DNA of 32,000 nt from Planctomycetales bacterium (lineage in GTDB: Bacteria > 4484-113 > JAFGCY01): positions 1,710,001 to 1,742,000 of the forward strand of contig CP060262.1 of assembly GCA_022646745.1 (NCBI GenBank). The letters run 5' to 3'. The notes under the pieces were generated by a model. It had not been told where the DNA came from, made no database searches, and was given only the letters and a program-made list of their open reading frames with translations. The position numbers and the translations under genes were made by a program. This document shows, in pieces, positions 16,511-23,600 of this stretch (positions within the stretch are counted from its first letter, which is position 1; each line of letters opens with the position of its first letter).

Positions 16511-16659
16511 GCCAACTGCCTTCTGCCAATAGCCTTCTGCCTTATGTCAACTACCACTGAAGCGGTAGCTCCATTGTGCGACCTGCGTCGCTGCTCCGGT
16601 ATGCTGGCCACTGGCCATTGATAACTGCCAACTGACGACCGACCACTGCCTACCACCCA
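16511..16659. repeat. C-rich heptamer arrays (solo arms) downstream of the RAYT gene
   Basis: The first block reads gccaact gccttct gccaata gccttct gccttat gtcaact accactg (16511-16559). The second reads ctggcca ctggcca ttgataa ctgccaa ctgacga ccgacca ctgccta ccaccca (16604-16659). They are related to the CAGTGGT family at 28668-28775. A 9-nt unit ctattcg.. x3 lies at 16704-16730. Confidence 0.75.
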
Positions 16660-16741
16660 CTTTTGCAGCAGCTTGAAGCAGCCTCTCTGACTTGCTGGTT
16701 CCTCTATTCGCACTATTCGAACTATTCAGACTGCTTCCAGT

Positions 16742-16796
16742 AAACGGATGGCTCAAGCCTTCCTGGGCAAGGCACGGTGGCCGTGCCCTACGCCTC
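16742..16796 (-). repeat. conserved 55-nt REP-like element, copy 2 (inverted relative to copy 1)
   Basis: The reverse complement is gaggcGTAGggcacggccaccgtgccttgcccaggaaggcttgagccatccgttt, matching 8731-8785 at 48/55. It lies 42 nt beyond the RAYT stop codon. Confidence 0.8.
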
Positions 16797-16837
16797 GCCC
16801 GCACCTCCAACTGCGCAGCTTAGCAGCAGCTCCGTTG

Positions 16838-17470
16838 TCAGACTTTCGTCTGAGCTCCGGCTAGCGCTGAAGCGGGTAGCTCCGCAGCACTGCTCCAGCG
16901 CCACTCATGCGCATGCGCGCACAGCCCGGCGCTGACCGGGTTGTTGTGGATGTACTCCACCGCGGCGTCGAAATGCTCCTCATGCTTAATGCGGCTGAGG
17001 AAGCTGCCATCCAGCCAGACCTTGCCGCTGCGTTGCATAAGCTTGTTGATCTGGCCGGCGCTGAAGCCCTTGATCGCCCCGACCAGCCGGCCCAGCGAAT
17101 AACCCCCCAGCGGCTCCATCAGGCAATGCACGTGGTTGGGCATGATCACCCAGGCATGCATCCGGTAGCGCTGCCTGTGGTAATGCAACAGGCTGTCGCG
17201 TACGATGGCAGCCAGCCGCTCCTCACGCAGCCAGCACTGCCCGAGTCCGCGGTCGAGGTCCGGCTCGACACGGTTGAACAACCGGCGACGGTCCTCGGAT
17301 TCGATCCCCTGCTGCAGCTGGTACATCCGCCTCGGCGGTACGGCATCAAACAACTGGAAGGTCACCGCCTGCAGGCCACTGCCCGCCTGCGGTGCCTGCG
17401 GGGCCGCCTGCACCGGCTTCGCCTCCTGCCTTGCCACAGCCTCAGGCTGGGCTGTCTGGATCTCGCTCAT
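16838..17470 (-). CDS. REP-associated tyrosine transposase-like protein (RAYT; IS200/IS605-type Y1 HUH enzyme)
   Basis: 210 aa. Contains the HUH motif in WVIMPNHVHCLMEP, the catalytic Tyr motif in VEYIHNNPVSAGL, and the terminal EWRWSS typical of this family. No second (TnpB) gene and no IS ends are visible. Confidence 0.85.
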   Translation of the reverse strand: MSEIQTAQPEAVARQEAKPVQAAPQAPQAGSGLQAVTFQLFDAVPPRRMYQLQQGIESEDRRRLFNRVEPDLDRGLGQCWLREERLAAIVRDSLLHYHRQRYRMHAWVIMPNHVHCLMEPLGGYSLGRLVGAIKGFSAGQINKLMQRSGKVWLDGSFLSRIKHEEHFDAAVEYIHNNPVSAGLCAHAHEWRWSSAAELPASALAGAQTKV

Positions 17471-17522
17471 TTCCGCATCCTCCTGTTCCTCAGTAGAGCG
17501 CAGTGCTCGTTCACTAGTCAGG

Positions 17523-17550
17523 AGTATAGCATAATAATGACAAAAATCAA
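17523..17550 (-). promoter_or_regulatory. candidate promoter of the RAYT gene
   Basis: The minus strand reads TTGATT (complement of 17545-17550), a 16-nt spacer, then TATACT (complement of 17523-17528), in the A/T-rich divergent region. Confidence 0.45.
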
Positions 17551-17578
17551 CCAGTAATGTTATTATTTGCCTGATTAA

Positions 17579-17607
17579 TTGATTTTACGTGTCAGGAAAG
17601 GTAAAAT
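17579..17607 (+). promoter_or_regulatory. candidate promoter of the 137-aa gene
   Basis: TTGATT (17579-17584), a 17-nt spacer, then TAAAAT (17602-17607). AGGAGG lies at 17621-17626 before the ATG at 17632. Confidence 0.5.
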
Positions 17608-17631
17608 AGCTGACATTACCAGGAGGATCAA

Positions 17632-18045
17632 ATGCCTGAAGTACAGAAACTACTGGATGACCCCGCCGTGCGCGTGCTGCTGTGGTGCCTGCTGGAGGAA
17701 GGAAAGCTTTCCGAAGAGGAGCTGCGCCGTTGCGGGCTCAACAATGTGGAGTCCCGCGCGATCATGCAGGACGGGCAGGGCCGCCTGCGCCACATGAAAC
17801 TGCGCCATGCGACGGCCTCCCGCTTCAACCCGGCCGGGCTGGCCAGCCTGCTGCGCAGCCGCCTGGCAGTGCACCTGGAGGGAACGGAGCGCGCCAGCGA
17901 GCTGGCTTCACTGCTGCGCTGCATGCGCCAGCTGCCGGACTGGATCTTCGTGGAATGGATGAAGGCCGGCGGTGAGGACCTGGACAGGCTCCTGAAGATG
18001 GCCGGCCGGGACGGAAGCGGGGCGGCTGCCGCCGGGGCGGCATGA
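17632..18045 (+). CDS. hypothetical protein, divergent from the RAYT gene
   Basis: 137 aa with a strong RBS, a promoter and GC3 bias. The sequence (MPEVQKLLDDPAVRVLLWCLLEEGKLSEEELRRCGL...) matches no family I recognise. Confidence 0.7.
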   Translation: MPEVQKLLDDPAVRVLLWCLLEEGKLSEEELRRCGLNNVESRAIMQDGQGRLRHMKLRHATASRFNPAGLASLLRSRLAVHLEGTERASELASLLRCMRQLPDWIFVEWMKAGGEDLDRLLKMAGRDGSGAAAAGAA

Positions 18046-18159
18046 GGCCGGGGCGCGTGGCGAATCGCTGCCAGTGGCCGGGGACAGCCGCGCAATCATA
18101 CAAATTGGGGAACGGTGCAGGGCCAGCTGCTGAATGCGGAAACAATTCAGGATGAAGTG

Positions 18160-18333
18160 CAGCGGTGGCGCCTTGTGCCAACTGGGAGAGATTGCCAGAT
18201 CCTTGTGAATCTGACATTCCTAGCAGGATGCGCTTGTCTGAATGTCGCTGTAAGGATTAGGTATTCCGGCGCATTGGTGTGCCAGTGAACTTCGGAAGAT
18301 GCCCTTTCAATTGGCGCAAGGCGCCACCGCTAC
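18160..18333. repeat. 23-nt inverted repeat pair with a ~128-nt spacer
   Basis: gcagcggtggcgccttgtgccaa (18160-18182) versus ttggcgcaaggcgccaccgctac (18311-18333). They are complementary at 21/23. Confidence 0.75.
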
Positions 18334-18370
18334 CCTTTCAAATTCAAGGATTGCGGTTGCGAGCCAACTT

Positions 18371-18564
18371 CAGCGCGAACCGGATGCGCGAATGCGCAAC
18401 CACAGCGCCAGACCTGATTCTGTTTCCATCTCGTGCAAGCACTCGATGGTCTGCAATACAGCTCAAAGCGTAGCTTCTCGCTGATTGCAAGGTGCATCTA
18501 CGTGGGCAGCAATGTTGCTCCAGCGCGACCCGGATGCGCGAATGCGCAGCCGCAGCGCCAGACC
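18371..18564 (+). repeat. 44-nt direct repeat pair (period 150)
   Basis: cagcgcgaaccggatgcgcgaatgcgcaaccacagcgccagacc (18371-18414) and cagcgcgacccggatgcgcgaatgcgcagccgcagcgccagacc (18521-18564) match at 41/44. Each contains a tgcgc-gaat-gcgca hairpin. Confidence 0.8.
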
Positions 18565-18590
18565 GCTGAATCTTCAGATGAAGCGGAAGG

Positions 18591-19121
18591 TTAATTAAAG
18601 AACAGCGCGGCGTCCTGCCAGAGCGTGCCGGTCATGTCCTGCGTGCAGGTTACCTGGTAGGCATTGTCGAGGTCCTGCCAGCTGACGGTCCAGCTGATCG
18701 GGAAGCTCGTGCCCTCCTGGGCGTTGGCCACCGTGGCCTGCGAGAGGCTGTACACGCCGAACAGGCGCACCTCGCGGAAGGCGGCCTCGCGGCTGACGAT
18801 GCGCATATCCAGCGAGCCTGTCAGGCTGACTACGGACTGCTCGCCTTCACCGGCGCCGAAGTCATTCACGATCCCCTCGCTTGAGCTCGTCACCGGGCCG
18901 CTTTCCAGCATCCAGCCGTAGGGGCTCAGGTCGAAGCTGCGGTTGGCGAGGATCTCCGTCGCCACCTGGCGGGCCGCGGCGTCATCGCCATTGGTGCCGC
19001 CGAAGTCGTGCGGGGTGTTGCCGAGGAAGAACTGCGGGCGGTCGAAGCCCGCGCCGCCGCCGCCGCAGCCGCAGAGTGCGGCAAGAGCCAGCAGGGCGAG
19101 GATGCGAGTGATGTTCTGCAT
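18591..19121 (-). CDS. lipoprotein of unknown function
   Basis: 176 aa with signal peptide and lipobox MQNITRILALLALAALCGC. GC3 bias. It lies 47 nt downstream of the preceding lipoprotein gene, so the two are probably an operon. Confidence 0.75.
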   Translation of the reverse strand: MQNITRILALLALAALCGCGGGGAGFDRPQFFLGNTPHDFGGTNGDDAAARQVATEILANRSFDLSPYGWMLESGPVTSSSEGIVNDFGAGEGEQSVVSLTGSLDMRIVSREAAFREVRLFGVYSLSQATVANAQEGTSFPISWTVSWQDLDNAYQVTCTQDMTGTLWQDAALFFN

Positions 19122-19168
19122 GATGTAAGTTTATCAGCGCAGCCGGGCCGCTCGTTAAAACGGGACGG

Positions 19169-19921
19169 CTACTGTCCGAACAGCCTGAGATGCGCCTGGC
19201 GCAGCTGGGTGGCCGTGGCCCGGGCATCCTGGCCGGACAGGATGCTCAGCTCGTAGTAACTGGACACCGCGACAAGCTGCTGGCTGGCCGTGAAGCTGAA
19301 TGGCACGCCGCCGAGCTGGCCTTCGAATTCCCACTGCACATCCAGTGCTGACAGGCTGCGGCCGAGTAGCCAGCGCTCATGCGTCTCCGGATTGTTCTGG
19401 ATCACGGGCTGGCTGCTGCGCAGGCTGACCGCCTGGCGCAGCAGGCTTTCCGCATGGTCCGCCGAGAAGCGGCCGTGCAGGTTGACCACATCCACCTGCT
19501 GCAGGTAGTCCGGCAGATTGGGGTCCGGGCTGTAGTGGATCACATGCTCAAGGCTGCCCATGCCGGACTGCAGCAGGATCTCACCGGGCGGGGAACTCCA
19601 TGAAGCGGGCAGGGGCACTTCGTCGAAGCGCAATTGGATGTCCGCCACACCGCCCTCGAGCTGGCCGTCCGTGAAGGGCAGCAGCAGCCGCCGGCCAATG
19701 AGCTGCTCATCCAGCGCGGCTGCTATCCAGGCATTCTCGATCGGCAGGCCTTCAACCTGCTGCAGGCCGCCGAGCTCGAACCATTCCAGCTCGTCAATAT
19801 ATTTCTGGGGAGTGTTGTCATCAAGTTCGGGTACTGTCGGCGTGCTGCAGGACAGCAGCAGGCAGCCAAACATTATGGCTGCAAGGATCCCCGGCTGTCT
19901 CGCTCCCCGGATCGGCGGCAT
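19169..19921 (-). CDS. lipoprotein of unknown function
   Basis: The track ORF (to 20203) runs antisense through the tRNA and the tandem repeat. The internal ATG at 19921 gives MPPIRGARQPGILAAIMFGCLLLSCS (signal peptide and lipobox) and 250 aa. Confidence 0.7.
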   Translation of the reverse strand: MPPIRGARQPGILAAIMFGCLLLSCSTPTVPELDDNTPQKYIDELEWFELGGLQQVEGLPIENAWIAAALDEQLIGRRLLLPFTDGQLEGGVADIQLRFDEVPLPASWSSPPGEILLQSGMGSLEHVIHYSPDPNLPDYLQQVDVVNLHGRFSADHAESLLRQAVSLRSSQPVIQNNPETHERWLLGRSLSALDVQWEFEGQLGGVPFSFTASQQLVAVSSYYELSILSGQDARATATQLRQAHLRLFGQ

Positions 19922-20028
19922 TACTGCATTGTAACGGAGCAGGAGCCACTGCGTCGGGTACCGGAGCGCGACGATGTGCGGGATACCGGTGCTTCGGCGG
20001 CAGGCATGCCGGGGTATAATCGCCACCC

Positions 20029-20108
20029 GGGCGAGTGGCGGAATTGGCAGACGCGCCAGACTTAGGATCTGGTACTTCGGTGTGGGGGTTCGAGTCCCCC
20101 CTCGCCCA
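20029..20108 (+). tRNA. tRNA-Leu (anticodon UAG), class II with long variable arm
   Basis: Manual fold: acceptor gggcgag/ctcgccc, D arm gcg-gaattggcaga-cgc, anticodon arm ccaga-cTTAGga-tctgg, variable arm tacttcggtgt, T arm ggggg-ttcgagt-ccccc, discriminator A. CCA is not encoded. TATAAT at 20015-20020 lies just upstream. Confidence 0.88.
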
Positions 20109-20118
20109 GATCCTTTTG

Positions 20119-20386
20119 CCGTCTCGTGCGAGCACTCGACGGTCCTAGGGCGCGCAGCCACTTCGGGAGCCTGCTCCCTCAGTGCTGCAGGCACTGATTC
20201 CAATTGAGCACATTGCAGTCTCGTGCGAGCACTCGACGGTCATGGGGCGCGCAGCCACTTCGGGAGCCTGCTCCCTCAGCGCTGCAGGCACTGATTCCAA
20301 TTGAGCACATTGCCGTCTCGTGCGAGCACTCGACGGTCTTGCTTCGCGCAGCCACTTCAGGAGCCTGCTCCCTCAGCGCTGCAGGC
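20119..20386 (+). repeat. 97-bp tandem repeat, 2.8 copies, starting 10 nt after the tRNA
   Basis: Units start at 20119, 20216 and 20313 and are near-identical, differing at about nine positions between the first two copies. Each begins c(c/a)gtctcgtgcgagcactcgacggtc, followed by a 6-7-nt variable patch (ctaggg / atgggg / ttgcttc) and a gggag-cctg-ctccc hairpin. The third copy is truncated at 20386. Confidence 0.9.
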
Positions 20387-20568
20387 GTAGGTGCAAGAAT
20401 CGCCTGCCGCCCCGCGCAAGCGTTCGTCGGCCTCCATCCGCATGCCGGACCGCTATGGGACATCGAACACAGGCTGAATGAGGCAGCGGCGCAGCCTCCA
20501 TTTGCCTGCAACTGAGCTGATGACATGTGCACATGCCATGCCGTGAGGGAGTGATTCATCGCGGAATG

Positions 20569-20598
20569 AAAAGGGAGGGCCCGCAGGCCCCCCCTCCC
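20569..20598 (-). terminator. probable rho-independent terminator of the 1433-aa gene
   Basis: The minus strand reads gggagggggggcc-tgcg-ggccctccc followed by ttttcatt, about 80 nt after the stop codon. The stem has a 4-nt bulge. Confidence 0.5.
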
Positions 20599-20679
20599 TG
20601 TTGTCAGCTTGTTGCGCAGCTTGCGCCGTACCTCGCGGGTCGCCAGCTCATCGAGCCCTTGGGCGAGATGGCAGCTCAA

Positions 20680-23600
20680 TCAGAACACACGGGCCACCTT
20701 CACGCCGCCGTTGAAGTAGACGATGAAGGGGTTGCCACCGACCTCGATGGTGTCGATGTCATTGTCACCGGTGTCCACCAGGTCCGTCGCATCAAAGGCC
20801 GTGCCGGAGGCATCGCTGCCCCAGGCCATCCGCACCTGGTTGGCATTGTTCTCGAAGTAGGCCACGAAGGGCAGGCTGTTGCTCCACAGCAGGCTGCTCA
20901 CCGTGTTGTCGTCATTGGTCGCCACGTTCACCTGGCTGCCCCAGCTGGTGCCGTTCGCATCAGTCGCCCGCTTGTAGACGATGTCGCTGCCGGTGCGGCT
21001 CTCGTAGCTGATCGCCGGGTTGCCATTGATCACCAGCAGTGAGGGGTTGTCATAGCTGTCGTTCACCGATGCGTTGCTGGCGATGGTGACCGTGCTGCCC
21101 CAGCTGGCGCCGTCCACGTCGCTGGCGCGGCGGTACTTCACGCCGGCCGAGCCGTTCCAGTAGAAGAAGGCCACCGCCGGCATGCCGTTCACGACCGCCA
21201 GGCTGGGCACGCCACCGCCGTTGGTGCCGCCGGAGTTGACCGTGCGGACCGTGCCCCAGCTGGAGCCGTCGGCATTGCTGGCGCGCACGTACTTTGTGGC
21301 GTTCGCTGCGTTGTCAATGTAGCAGATCGCCGGGTTGCCGGAGATCACCTCCATCTCGCAGTCGCTGACTGAGCCGGAGTAGACCTCCACCTTGTTGGTC
21401 TCTGTCCAGTTGGCACCGGTGGCGTCATCAGCGCGCAGGTAGTACAGCCCGCCGGAGTTGTTGTTGTAGCAGACCGCCGGGCGGCCATTGGCCTCAACCA
21501 GGTGGGCGTTGCGGCCGACGTCACCCGTGAAGGCGACGGTCACCGGGCTGCCCCAGCTGGTGCCGCTGGTGTTCGTGGCGCGCACGTACTTCAGGTCCTG
21601 GCCGCTGGCATCGTAGTAGATGATCGCCGGGTTGCCGCCGATGATGTCAGCCTTGATGCGGGTGGCCGGGCTGCCGGCGGTGGTGACCGTGATCAGCTCG
21701 GCGATGCGCACCTGGTGCGTGACCTGCGCCGTGTCCTGGTTGTTGTCATTGTCGGTGATGCGCACCCTGAGGATGTAGTCGCCTGTACTGCCGAAGCTCG
21801 TGGTGGCGACCGGATTGGTTCCGTTGTCGGTTTCATAGCTGCCGTTGCCGTCGAGGTCGAACTCGAACTTGGTGATCGAGCCACCCGGGTCGTCCGAGCC
21901 GCTGGCATCCACGGTGACTGTCACGCCGGTGCCTGAGGGGTTGGGGCTCGTCACGATGTCCGCCACCGGCGGGATGTCCGGCAGGATCGCCACCGTGTGG
22001 CTGTCGGTCGCATTCTCGTTGTCAGTCACGACCAGCACCGGGTTGTACTCAGCGAACACGGTGTAGGTGTGCTGCACCGTGGCGTTCGTGAAGCTCGTAG
22101 CGTCGAACAGGCCGTCACCCTCCCAGTCCCAGTCATATCGCACGATCGTGCCGTCCGGGTCTGAGCTGCCCGCCGGGTTGAAGGTGACGGTGAGCGGCAC
22201 GCCGGTGTAGCTCGTGGTGTCCGCCGTGAAGAAGGCGGTCGGGGCCTGGTTGGCACCGCCACCGCTTGTGACTGTGATCACGATGGTATCAGTGTCGCTG
22301 GCACCGTCGTTGTCAGTCACGCTCAGTACCACGTTGTATGTGCCCGGGTTGCTGAAGGTATGCGCCACCGAGGGGTCGGCGCCACTGTCCGTGGTGGTCG
22401 TGTCATCCCAGTCCCAGCTGTAGTTGACGATCACGCCATCCGGGTCGCTGCTGCCGGCGGCGGTGAAGGGCACCGTCAGCGGGGCCGGTCCGCTCAGCAC
22501 GCTGGCATAGATGTCCGCAGTCGGCGGGATGTTGCTCACGTTCGTGACGTTGACCTGGATCGTGTCGGTGTCGGTCGCGCCGTCGTCATCCTGCACGGTC
22601 AGTACCACGTCGTACACTCCGCTGGCGCCGAATAGGTGGCTGATGGTCGGGTCCGCGCCGCTGTCCTCGGCGGCGGTGCCGTCATCCCAGTCCCAGACGT
22701 AGCTGACGATGCTGCCATCGAGGTCGGTGCTGCCGGCTGCGGTGAAGGCCACGGTCAGCGGGGAATCACCGGAGGTCGGCACGGCGAAGATGTCCGCCAC
22801 CGGGACGAGGTTGGCCGGCGGCGCACTGACGACCACGAGGAAGCTGTCGCTGTCAACTCCGCCGTCATTGTCAGTCACGGTGACCGTCGCCGAGTAGCTG
22901 CCGGCGGCGAGGTAGGGATGGAAGGTGGTCGGGTCCGTGCCGGTTGAAATGACCGGGCTGCCGTCGCCGAAGTCCCAGCTGTAGTCCGTGACCACGCCAT
23001 CCGGGTCATTGCTGCCGCTGGCGTCGAGGATCGCGTTGAGCGGCACCACGCCGGTCGGCGGAAGCACCACGAGGTCTGCACTGGGCGGCACGTTCACGCC
23101 GGGCGGCACCACGGTGATGGTGACGGTGTCGGTGTCCTGCTTGCCGCCGTTGTCAATCGCGGTCAGCACCACGTCATACACGCCGGGGTTGTTGAAGGTA
23201 TGCGAGACGCTGGGGTCCTTGCCGCTGCCGAAGGGTACGCCGCCCTCGTCCCAGCTCCAGAAGTATGAGGTGATCTGGCCATCCGGGTCCACGCTGCCGC
23301 CCGCATCGAAGCTGACGGTCAGCGGGGCCGTGCCGCCGCTCGGGCTGGCGATCACGTCCGCCACCGGTGCGATGTTCGCCGGCGGATCAAGCACCGTGAT
23401 CTCGATCGTGTCCTCGGCGCTGTCACCGCTGTTGTCAGTCACGCGTAGCTTCGCGAGGAAGGTGCCGCTGTCGTTGTAGGTGTGCAGCACGGTGCTGTCG
23501 CTGCCGCTGTCCAGGTCGAAGTTGCCGTCGCCGTCGAAGTCCCACTGGAACTTGACCAGCAGGCCGTCCACGTCGTAGCTGCCGCTGCCGATGAAGCCGA

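Noticed and set aside
18046-18590. Known structured RNA (tmRNA, RNase P, SRP, 6S) in the long non-coding tract
   Set aside because: None of the conserved signature segments I know for these RNAs could be found by eye. This needs a covariance-model scan for a firm answer.
19922-20203. N-terminal 94-aa extension of the lipoprotein ORF
   Set aside because: The extension is antisense to tRNA-Leu and the tandem repeat and starts at a TTG. The internal ATG at 19921 gives a canonical signal peptide and lipobox.
20119-20386. Possible CRISPR array next to the tRNA
   Set aside because: The entire 97-bp unit repeats almost identically and there are no unique spacers between short repeats. No cas genes are in the window. 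It is a tandem repeat, not a CRISPR array.
19922-20679. Integrated element or prophage junction at the tRNA-Leu gene
   Set aside because: There is no integrase, no duplicated tRNA 3' segment (att-like direct repeat) and no compositional shift downstream of the tRNA within the window.
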